Assembly (NCBI GenBank): GCA_016748015.1
Contig: JAAOMT010000439.1
Span: forward strand, 900,719 to 964,718
From: Geosiphon pyriformis uo1
Lineage: Eukaryota; Fungi; Glomeromycota
Direction of reading: 5' to 3'
Length of the DNA: 64,000 nucleotides
Shown here: one piece after another, positions 1 through 10,924 of the stretch
How the letters are laid out: each line of letters begins with the position of its first letter
Numbering within the stretch: the first letter of the stretch is position 1
Notes under the pieces: model-generated
Told to the model about the DNA's origin: nothing
Seen by the model: the letters and a program-made list of their open reading frames with translations, nothing else
Database searches by the model: none
Translations under genes and position numbers: made by a program

Positions 1-638
1 GCTATGAGAATTTGTAGAATTAGCCTCTTACTATTAGAAGTTTATCAAAGGATTTTCAGAAATTGCCAAACCATTCAATTATCTTACCAATAAAAACGTG
101 CTATATAAATGAACTAAAGAACAACAAAAGCTTTTGAAACTCTTAAAACAAAATTAACAACAGCCCCAGTTCTTGCTTACCCAAACTTCAACAAACAGTT
201 CCAACTAGTTACTGATGTTTTACACATAGTATTTGGTGCCATTCTATCACAATTGAATGAAAATAGCCAAGAACAAATCATTGTCTATGCTAGTAAAACA
301 CTCAAACCAACAGAATTCAAATATGGCTCAACTGAATTAAAAGCTGCTGCAGTTATTTGGGCTCTTAAACACTTTTAACAATATCTGAAGAATGAAAAAA
401 AATTTGACATCATAACTAATAATATTGGCCTTAAATGATTCAATAAAAAGAAAATTGAACAAAGTGCCAAACAGTTTCAATGAAATAATTTTCTAACAGA
501 CTACAAATATATTGTACATTACAAACCAGAAAAGCTATACACCAATGTTGATAGCCTTTTAAGAATGAAACAAGATTAATACCAAATAGCAATCTCATCA
601 CAACTTACCAACTTATCAACAAAAATAATCAAACAACA

Positions 639-2024
639 ATGGATCTCAGAAATTACAACAACCTTAAAAACTATTTAGAGACTTTTACCATGTTAGAAAA
701 TTGGTCTCCAAGTGAAAAACATCATTTATAACACCAATTAAAACAATATTTTATACACTACAACAAAATTTATTATAAAAATCATAGAAATCCAAACCAA
801 TTATTTAGATTAGTACAAAAAAATAAAAAAGAAACAATTCTATATAATATATATACAGATTTTTCTTCAGTATACTTGAAAAGAAATGGAACAATTCAAA
901 GAACTCTTGAACATTATTTTTGGTCTTATATGTAAAATGACATTCAACAATATGTAGAATCTTGTAATAGTTGTTAAAAAAAAGAAAGAACTTGCCTTAC
1001 AGAATTCTTAAATCCAATCAAAGTTGGACAACCTTTTGACAGAGTTGGAATTAATTTAGTTAGATCATTACCTATCACAATACAAGGAAATCGTTATATT
1101 GCAGTTGTAGTAAATTATATTACCAAATGGTCTGAAGCTAAAGCCATCCAAAGAGCAGATGCAAAATCAATAGCAAATTTCATCTATAAAGACATTATTT
1201 GTAGACATGAATGTCTAATTGAACTTTTATCTGATCAAGAAACATATTTTGTGAACAATCTAATACAAGAAATTTGTGAACAATTCAATATTAAAAGACC
1301 TCTATCATTATCTTATCACTCCTAAACAAATGAATTTGTAGAACATTTCAACAAAACATTGTGTGAATCTTTAGCCAAAATCTCAACTGACTTTGAGCAG
1401 AAATGGAATATCTTTATTCTATTAGTGTTACTAGCATATAGAACACTAAAACAAAATATTATGAAACATACACTATTTGATCTTACTTATGAAAAAACAA
1501 CAATATTACCAATTAATTTTACAGTGGAAACATATTCAGTACAACCAATTAATAAAAAAAACTTTCAAGAAACACTCCAAAAAAGAGCTTATACTCTTCT
1601 TAGTATACTGAAAATAAAAAGACAGATAACAGCAACTCATATTGAATACTTTCAAGCTCAATAAAAGGAAAGACATGACAACAAATTACCACCAGTTACC
1701 AACGAATTTAAGGTTGAAAATAAAGTTTTTTTACACAGAACTAAGGCTGAAAAACAATGGAGTGAAAAATTTGAAAACAAATAGGATGGACTATTCTATA
1801 TTTACGAAATTTTAGGCAATAGATCATATAAGTTAAGACTTGATAACAAAGTACTAGTAAAAGTTGCACATGGAAATCAATTGAAACACTATCATTTCAG
1901 AAACAATCCTAAATCATTAATTTCACAAATTGGTATACATTTTTCTTTAGTTAATCCTGAAGATATTCTCCAAAATTTAGAAACAATAATTATAATAAAA
2001 CAACAACCAAACCTAAACACTTAA
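639..2024 (+). pseudogene. Gypsy integrase (zinc-binding, DDE core, GPY/F-type C-terminus), disrupted
   Basis: Starts MDLRNYNNLKNYL at 639. ORF 1359..1664 aligns with integrase 30458..31393 (LCESLAK/LCEAIAK; NFQETL). Many stops. Confidence 0.85.
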
Positions 2025-2182
2025 TTTAACATATTTTTTACAATAATCTTTTTAATAACACACAAAAACAGGAAACAAAAATAGTAAATAATTAGAAAAA
2101 ACACCCAAACCCAAAAACAAATAAAAACTCTATACCTAAAAATAATTTTCTTTATTTTTTTTATTAATTAATCATTTTTATC

Positions 2183-2890
2183 ATGATTATTCCCCAAAAT
2201 ATCGAACAAATATTCCAAAAATTAATGTTAACTTTGAAAACACTTCTTAATTTATCTATAACAATTAATGAAAGTCAAATTAATTACATTCAAAAAAAAA
2301 CCACAGTTTTAGTAGTAAACAATTCCCAAAATTATCACTTTTATAGAAAAAAATTAAGAAGTTATACTGAAACTTAATTATTAGAACTTTTAAAGCAAGC
2401 TTTAAAAGAAAATTTCTTAGTTGCTCTTATTAAAATTTTACTAAATACTACCATCCAATAAAAACTTTTACTATTTCTTAATGAACAGAACAATAAATAT
2501 ACTCTTATTTATAGATATTTTCATATTGGAAAAACACTTTATGAACAAAAACTGAAACTTGAAACAACAAACCTTACTTTTGAAATAATACAAAAACAAA
2601 TTCACAATGAATTCAAGACAGCAGCTAGATCAATAAACACTCACTACAAACTTAGAACAGCTTTTAGACTTTATGATTTGTTTAATACTTACGAAAATAT
2701 CCTACAAAATCCAATACTACAATTAATAAAAATTCAATATATTGGGAAACTTACAGAACTGAAATTTCAACAACTTTTAGACCAAATCACTTTAATTATT
2801 TTGGACCACTATCTTAATATTACAGATAGAGCTTGGACTTTGATAGAGCTTAGTCTTAAAGAGAAAATTATGTTATTAGTAGAATTTTAG
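2183..2890 (+). pseudogene. Extra ORF3 of Gypsy family A, unknown function
   Basis: ORFs 2183..2377 and 2678..2890 are in the same frame, separated by point stops. Located between integrase and PPT. Motifs YRYFHIGK and GKLTELKFQQLLDQITLIILD. Confidence 0.7.
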
Positions 2891-3821
2891 CTATTAATTA
2901 GCATGAAATTACCCTCATAATTCCTATTATTAATTAGCATATATAATTATTATTTCAATTATTACTTATTATTTAATCAAATTAGCAATTATTATTATTT
3001 AATCAATAACCTAATTTGCACTATAGAAATTAAGATGATCAAATTACACAATACTTTGAACCATTTAACATAGTCAAAATTCGTCGAAATTAATGAAAAT
3101 TGGCCGAAATAATCAATAGTTTAATGAAATAACTTGTAGTTTGCCGAAATTAGAGCAAAAAGAAAAGTACAAGTTCAAAGATTAGTACCACAACAAGTTG
3201 TATAAAAAAAGAGCTTCTTTCTTCAAAAAAATGTATTTTTCTTATATCTTATTATAGTATCTTACTCTAGATATCTTAATTAGAACAAATCATCTTTTAT
3301 AAAATCAAATAAAAATTAAAATATTCAAAAAAAAAACCAAATTCTTAAATTATTACACTTGAAATTCCCTCAAACACAACTAATGTTTTGAAATTGATTA
3401 GCTACCAATTTCAATAAACTGTTAGTGACTCTAGGCCTAAATAGAAAACGTTTTCTTTGACAAAATTCTATTTTTTTTACATTTTTTTATTTTTTTTTTC
3501 TTTTTTTATCATAATCATTAGAGTAGCCTACAGACAAGATTTCTATAGAAGAGTTGACTTTTACAGCAAAATAACTGTATATTTTAATAAGCTTCCAGAT
3601 AAACAATTTCTGGAAGAGTTGACATTTACTACAATATAACTATACAAAGTAACTGGCATAGAATTGACCATTCTATTTATAAGCCCAGCAGTTCAAATTA
3701 TAGGAGATAATTTGAAGATAAATTCAGTTATTGGAGGTTCAACTACTTCTAGAAAATATGAATTTACAACAAACAGATATTAACAACATTCAAAAAAAAA
3801 GACCAAAAATCTCCAGTAATA
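2871..3821 (+). repeat. LTR, family A
   Basis: Runs tgttattagtagaattttagc ... ctccagtaata. Matches the reverse complement of 34928-36621, whose ends are tgttacc...ggtaaca. Confidence 0.88.
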
Positions 3822-3982
3822 ACAGATAAAAATAATACTTGAATCTCTGTTTATTATACAAAGGACTTAACCAAAACTTTCAAATCATCAAAGCCTTCAG
3901 ATATTACCAACTGTATTAGTTATTGAGCACCAAGTTATGGGTTTGTTATTTAATTTGAAATCCCAAATAATCACCTGTAACA
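3822..3982 (+). repeat. 3' remnant of a family B' LTR, interrupted by element A
   Basis: gagcaccaagttatgggtttg...cctgtaaca matches the ends of the LTRs at 23013-23889 and, in reverse complement, 54426-55245. Confidence 0.85.
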
Positions 3983-5325
3983 GTATTAGTATTGGTGTTT
4001 ATGGTTTTTTGTTTTCTATTATGTTTGAGTTATAAGCTATAGCCCTTTTATTAGAATGTACTTTCTTGTTCAGTTTGGTGGTCTTATATTTCAACAACCA
4101 GGCTGCTATTAATGCTTGTATGGCTAAGGTGTCACTTGCTGTTTCAAATTTTTGCAATCAATGCTGAATTAAAAGAAGGCATATTTTTAATTTGATTAAA
4201 AATAAAAATATTATTGTTAATTGGATTAAGATTAAAAGTTACTTTGGGATATTTAATAACATAAAAGCTGATGTATTGGCTGATAGAGCTGCTAATTCTT
4301 CTTTTTTTTGCTGGCAAAAATACAGAAACGTTTTTTGATGACTGAAAACACTATAGTATTGGGCAATGCTTACTATTTTGTCAGAAATATATTCAAATCT
4401 ATTTGTCATGTTTGTTGGAAGACTGGTCCAAGTTGTGATGTGGTTCCGAATGCTCTGTTAAAAAATTTTGATTGGGTTGCTTCTGTAAAAGTTTGGCATT
4501 CTGACTCCCATATGCTTGCTGGTTTTATTAGCCAGAAGTTGGCAGGTTTTCATACATACTTAATGAAAGCTATACACAAAAGGCTGTTAGTAACTATTAG
4601 AAAAAGATTATATAATAAGAATTATCCTGGTGTTTTATGTTTGCTGTGTGATAAAATAGAATTGCTGGACCATGTTTTTACTTGTTTTCAAGATATATAT
4701 GTTTAGAAAAAGATTTTGTTGGAGGCTTCTGCACATTAAGTGTCTTTAGCCAGTGTTCATAACTTGTTTTCTTCTGTTATTCTGAGGATTTTCAATCTTT
4801 GTTTATCAAATATAGGTTTGTATTCAGTGGTATGTAAAGAGTTTGTGCTGAAAGAGTAATGTATAGAAACTATTAATATTTTTGAGAATAAAAAAAGGGC
4901 TTTTTGTGTGGTCATTAATTTTGTGAGATTTTTAGTTGAATTGCACCAGTTTAAAGTTTGGCTGGTAAGGTTTAAATATAAGGTGGACATAAAAAGAGTT
5001 AGTTTAGTTGGTAATGGTGGTTTAGTATCAGGTTTGTTACATAATATATTATCTATACTGTCAGATGATATGATCAAAATGTTAGGTATTATTGAGTCTT
5101 TTGCTATTAGTTTTGGCCATTATAGGGCCTGTTCTTTTTTTTCTGGTTTGAGTGATAATGTGCAGATTATTATAAGTATATAATATAGTTTTGTCTGACT
5201 TGAATAGCTAGTTACATATAGAAAGTACATGAGTTGTATTTAGTTTAAACTACTTAGTATGATTCTATATACTAGATAGCAATTGGATTTTACTTATTAA
5301 ATACATTAATAATAAAAAATAAAAA
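3983..5325 (+). mobile_element. LINE 3' fragment (RNase H, zinc-binding C-terminal region, 3' UTR, A-rich tail)
   Basis: ORFs 4308..4706 (KAIHKRLLVTIRKRLY, CLLC...HVFTC) and 4908..5183 match the ORF2 C-termini of the LINEs at 12508 and 40735. The 3' UTR is shared and ends aataataaaaaataaaa. Confidence 0.88.
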
Positions 5326-5369
5326 TATTAATTAATCTATTTAGTCTAATTTAATTTAAAAATTGGTTA

Positions 5370-5970
5370 TTTTAAACAAAATTAATCAAAATTAAGATTT
5401 AAAAATTCAATTTTTTCAAAGATAATTTATAATATAATCTTATATATAGATAATAATTAAAACAGTTTTAATATATATATAATTATTAAAAGAATATATA
5501 ATTAAAAAATATATAATTATAAAAAAAATATAATTAAAAAAAAGCTAAATTTATAAATTCTATAATAAAAGAATTAAATTAATATTAATTTATAACAATA
5601 ATTTAATTTTGTATAATTTTTGTTTAATTATATTTATTATTATTATTATTATTATTATTTATATTAAATTAATATGATAGTTAATGGGTCTTACTCATTA
5701 AATTAAATAAAAAAATAAATTTGTATTATCTGTAAAAATAATTTAAAATATAATATAATATATAAAATATGATAATTAAAACAGTTTTAATATCAACATA
5801 ACTATAAAAAAAATTTAGTATAATAAAATAAGAATAGATATTTTTATAATATACAGAATTATAATTAGAAAAAGCTATATATAATAAAATAAAAGTAAAT
5901 AGTTAATTTGATATTGCTTTATAATAATAATTTTACTTATTACTTATTTTGTTTAAAAGTTGATTACTAT
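5370..5970 (+). repeat. AT-rich segment duplicated at about 47755-48325
   Basis: Colinear matches, e.g. aaaattaagatttaaaaa, aatttataacaataattt, a (tat)n run, and aattaaaacagttttaatatcaacataa. Confidence 0.8.
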
Positions 5971-8900
5971 TTGTAGCTTGGGGATTGGTGTGGTAAGCTG
6001 AAAATTTTTCTCCCTACAAAACAATCTGCACCCCTGAAAACTTTGCTTTTGGGCTCCTTCCTAAGTCTGCGTAAAGGCCAGAGGTAACTTGTCTTAGTGC
6101 CAAGAGCAACCCTATTTCATTGCGAGTAACCAATAGTGAAACTCCCAATCACGTATCTACTTGGTTGGGAGCATTAAGTTAAGTTACTACTTACTCATTA
6201 TTGGTTGCGTCGCTTATTCTTAGGATTTTAGCTGCAACGAAGACAATTCCCAATCACGTATCTACTTGGTTGGGGTTATCGTTGTTGCGAGTGACCAATA
6301 GTGAAACTCCCAATCACGTTTCTACTTGGTTGATGAGCATTAAGTTAAGTTACTACTTACTCATTATTGGTTGCGTCGCTTATTCTTAGGATTTTAGCTG
6401 CAACGAAGACAATTCCCAATCACGTATCTACTTGGTTGGGGTTATCGTTGTTGCGAGTGACCAATAGTGAAACTCCCAATCACGTATCTACTTGGTTGAT
6501 GAGCATTAAGTTAAGTTACTACTTACTCATTATTGGTTGCGTCGCTTATTCTTGGGATTTTAGCGGCAATGAAGACAATTCCCAATCACGTATCTACTTG
6601 GTTGGGGTTATTGTTGTTGCGAGTGACCAATAGTGAAACTCCCAATCACGCATCTACTTGGTTGGGAGCATTAAGTTTCCACTTACTCATCATTGGTTGC
6701 GTCGTGCATTCTTAGGATTTTAGCTGCAACGAAGACAATTCCCAATCACGTATCTACTTGGTTGGGGTTATTGTTGTTGCGAGTGACCAATAGTGAAACT
6801 CCCAATCACGCATCTACTTGGTTGGGAGCATTAAGTTTCCACTTACTCATCATTGGTTGCGTCGTGCATTCTTAGGATTTTAGCTGCAACGAAGACAATT
6901 CCCAATCACGTATCTACTTGGTTGGGGTTATTGTTGTTGCGAGTGACCAATAGTGAAACTCCCAATCACGTTTCTACTTGGTTGATGAGCATTAAGTTAA
7001 GTTACTACTTACTCATTATTGGTTGCGTCGCTTATTCTTAGGATTTTAGCTGCAACGAAGACAACTGCCAATCACGTATCTACTTGGTTGGGGTTATCGT
7101 TGTTGCGAGTGACCAATAGTGAAACTCCCAATCACGTATCTACTTGGTTGGGAGCATTAAGTTAAGTTACTACTTACTCATCATTGGTTGCGTCGCTTAT
7201 TCTTAGGATTTTAGCTGCAACGAAGACAATTCCCAATCACGTATCTACTTGGTTGGGGTTATTGTTGTTGCGAGTGACTAATAGTGAAACTCCCAATCAC
7301 GCATCTACTTGGTTGGGAGCATTAAGTTTCCACTTACTCATCATTGGTTGCGTCGTGCATTCTTAGGATTTTAGCTGCAACGAAGACAACTCCCAATCAC
7401 GTATCTACTTGGTTGGGGTTATCGTTGTTGCGAGTGACCAATAGTGAAACTCCCAATCACGTATCTACTTGGTTGATGAGCATTAAGTTAAGTTACTACT
7501 TACTCATTATTGGTTGCGTCGCTTATTCTTAGGATTTTAGCGGCAATGAAAAATAACTCTCTACTTGGTTGGGGTTATCGTTGTTGCGAGTGACTAATAG
7601 TGAAACTCCCAATCACGTTTCTACTTGGTTGACGAGCATTAGGTTAAGTTACTACTTACTCATTATTGGTTGCGTCGTTTATTCTTTGGATTTTAGCGGC
7701 AACGAAAAATAACTCTCTACTTGGTTGGGGTTATCGTTGTTGCGAGTGACTAATAGTGAAACTCCCAATCACGTTTCTACTTGGTTGACGAGCATTAGGT
7801 TAAGTTACTACTTACTCATTATTGGTTGCGTCGTTTATTCTTTGGATTTTAGCGGCAACGAAAAATAACTCTCTACTTGGTTGGGGTTATCGTTGTTGCG
7901 AGTGACTAATAGTGAAACTCCCAATCACGTTTCTACTTGGTTGACGAGCATTAGGTTAAGTTACTACTTACTCATTATTGGTTGCGTCGTTTATTCTTTG
8001 GATTTTAGCGGCAACGAAAAATAACTCTCTACTTGGTTGGGGTTATCGTTGTTGCGAGTGACTAATAGTGAAACTCCCAATCACGTTTCTACTTGGTTGA
8101 CGAGCATTAGGTTAAGTTACTACTTACTCATTATTGGTTGCGTCGTTTATTCTTTGGATTTTAGTGGCAACGAAAAATAACTCTCTACTTGGTTGGGGTT
8201 ATCGTTGTTGCGAGTGACTAATAGTGAAACTCCCAATCACGTTTCTACTTGGTTGACGAGCATTAGGTTAAGTTACTACTTACTCATTATTGGTTGCGTC
8301 GTTTATTCTTTGGATTTTAGTGGCAACGAAAAATAACTCTCTACTTGGTTGGGGTTATCGTTGTTGCGAGTGACTAATAGTGAAACTCCCAATCACGTTT
8401 CTACTTGGTTGACGAGCATTAGGTTAAGTTACTACTTACTCATTATTGGTTGCGTCGTTTATTCTTTGGATTTTAGTGGCAACGAAAAATAACTCTCTAC
8501 TTGGTTGGGGTTATCGTTGTTGCGAGTGACTAATAGTGAAACTCCCAATCACGTTTCTACTTGGTTGACGAGCATTAGGTTAAGTTACTACTTACTCATT
8601 ATTGGTTGCGTCGTTTATTCTTTGGATTTTAGTGGCAACGAAAAATAACTCTCTACTTGGTTGGGGTTATCGTTGTTGCGAGTGACTAATAGTGAAACTC
8701 CCAATCACGTTTCTACTTGGTTGACGAGCATTAGGTTAAGTTACTACTTACTCATTATTGGTTGCGTCGTTTATTCTTTGGATTTTAGTGGCAACGAAAA
8801 ATAACTCTCTACTTGGTTGGGGTTATCGTTGTTGCGAGTGACTAATAGTGAAACTCCCAATCACGTTTCTACTTGGTTGACGAGCATTAGGTTAAGTTAC

Positions 8901-10830
8901 TACTTACTCATTATTGGTTGCGTCGTTTATTCTTTGGATTTTAGTGGCAACGAAAAATAACTCTCTACTTGGTTGGGGTTATCGTTGTTGCGAGTGACTA
9001 ATAGTGAAACTCCCAATCACGTTTCTACTTGGTTGACGAGCATTAGGTTAAGTTACTACTTACTCATTATTGGTTGCGTCGTTTATTCTTTGGATTTTAG
9101 TGGCAACGAAAAATAACTCTCTACTTGGTTGGGGTTATCGTTGTTGCGAGTGACTAATAGTGAAACTCCCAATCACGTTTCTACTTGGTTGACGAGCATT
9201 AGGTTAAGTTACTACTTACTCATTATTGGTTGCGTCGTTTATTCTTTGGATTTTAGTGGCAACGAAAAATAACTCTCTACTTGGTTGGGGTTATCGTTGT
9301 TGCGAGTGACTAATAGTGAAACTCCCAATCACGTTTCTACTTGGTTGACGAGCATTAGGTTAAGTTACTACTTACTCATTATTGGTTGCGTCGTTTATTC
9401 TTTGGATTTTAGTGGCAACGAAAAATAACTCTCTACTTGGTTGGGGTTATCGTTGTTGCGAGTGACTAATAGTGAAACTCCCAATCACGTTTCTACTTGG
9501 TTGACGAGCATTAGGTTAAGTTACTACTTACTCATTATTGGTTGCGTCGTTTATTCTTTGGATTTTAGTGGCAACGAAAAATAACTCTCTACTTGGTTGG
9601 GGTTATCGTTGTTGCGAGTGACTAATAGTGAAACTCCCAATCACGTTTCTACTTGGTTGACGAGCATTAGGTTAAGTTACTACTTACTCATTATTGGTTG
9701 CGTCGTTTATTCTTTGGATTTTAGCGGCAACGAAAAATAACTCTCTACTTGGTTGGGGTTATCGTTGTTGCGAGTGACTAATAGTGAAACTCCCAATCAC
9801 GTTTCTACTTGGTTGACGAGCATTAGGTTAAGTTACTACTTACTCATTATTGGTTGCGTCGTTTATTCTTTGGATTTTAGTGGCAACGAAAAATAACTCT
9901 CTACTTGGTTGGGGTTATCGTTGTTGCGAGTGACTAATAGTGAAACTCCCAATCACGTTTCTACTTGGTTGGGAGCATTAAGTTTAATTCTGCTACCAAC
10001 AAGATTAGTCGTGCTTACTGGAACAATCTGATTCTCAGACGTGAAGAAGTGGATGTGAATCGAATACAAATTCGACGGCTAGGACTCAATACTCGAAGCA
10101 ATTCTAATCGTTAGTAATATCAAATTACAGATGGAAACGGAGATAATTGTAAACAAAGAAGGTGTGCAAACCCTCGGAGTATCAGTCCATGTCAACGGGA
10201 AAAAAATTCGTTAAAGGGTAATTATACAACGATCATATCGGCACCGAACATAACAAGAAAGAATCTGCAATCCGTGGCTGTTCTTATAAATTTATATACC
10301 CGCCCCCCCTTTTTTTTGCATAGATCGATAACGAGATCGAACACAGCTCAAAGTGGTGTGAAACCAGGCATCCTGCAGAGCAAATTGTAAGATATATTTA
10401 ATATCTTCTCCCCACGTTTTTATTCAATATTCAGAGTAACTGTGAATATTTACTTTTTTGCAAGGCACAGCGACTCTGTTGGCCATGATATAGATTCGCC
10501 TGATGAACGGACTATAGAGATGAACATCTCACTCATTCCTCAGCGGGCTGCTCCAACCTGGATAACTGACGCATGCCAAACCATAGAAAAAATACGGAAA
10601 ATGAATGATGGTGACGAAAGGTACCAGAATTATATAATCTAAGGTTGTTTATCTTCTTAATGTTTTGTTGATAGTCTATTTTTCTAATCCTATATGGTGG
10701 CGAATTCTGGACGTTCGTCCTATGACCAACCGACTCGGTTCTGCTAACAAAAGGTCAAAGGAATTCGTAACGGAAGATGCTTGCACCTTCAAAGTTCATC
10801 TCACGATGAAGTGCCATAGACGAGGCAACG
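5971..10830 (+). pseudogene. Truncated, internally deleted paralog of the gene at 48325-51494; exon 1 replaced by a tandem array
   Basis: 5971-6120 matches 48325-48600 with deletions; 9985-10825 matches 49130-50245. Exon peptides SRAYWNNLILRREEV and NPIWWRILDVRP; gt..ag intron at about 10621-10673. Confidence 0.85.
6120..9984 (+). repeat. Tandem array of about 24-25 hairpin-forming units (160-166 bp on the left, 156 bp on the right)
   Basis: Equivalent positions at 6201, 6367, 6533, 6693, 6853, 7019, 7184, 7344, 7510, then an exact 156 bp period (identical text at 7561, 8341, 9121, 9901 = 5x156 apart). Confidence 0.97.
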
Positions 10831-10924
10831 GGTAGTTTTGAGCTTGTTTCTGTATAGCACTTTGTTTCTGTTAAGACAGTTTCTTCTCGAACTGAAGGGT
10901 TGACAGATTTGCAATATCAGCTAG

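Larger units (their letters stand above)
1..3821 (+). mobile_element. Ty3/Gypsy LTR retrotransposon family A, 3' part (RT end/RNase H, integrase, ORF3, 3' LTR); degenerate, 5' end outside window
   Basis: Broken frames read APVLAYPNFNKQFQLVTD (RNase H start), VGQPFDRVGINLV and KWSEAKAI (integrase core), and a GPY/F-like C-terminus. Purine tract aaagagaaaa precedes the LTR start tgttattagt at 2871. Confidence 0.9.

Noticed and set aside
6201-7532. Repeated 60-88 aa ORFs (MVASLILRILAATK...)
   Set aside because: By-products of the tandem unit: TTG starts, unit lengths mostly not multiples of 3, and no ORF in the 156-bp block.
6120-9984. CRISPR array (palindromic 26-bp repeat cccaatcacgtatctacttggttggg with intervening sequence)
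   Set aside because: The intervening sequences are two alternating near-identical segments, not unique spacers. There are no cas genes and the context is eukaryotic.
6300-9984. Hammerhead ribozyme / retrozyme array (ttgatgag or ttgacgag plus gaaac)
   Set aside because: The core would be UUGANGA rather than CUGANGA, I could not build convincing stems I and III, and many units have ttgggag instead. An Infernal hammerhead search would settle it.
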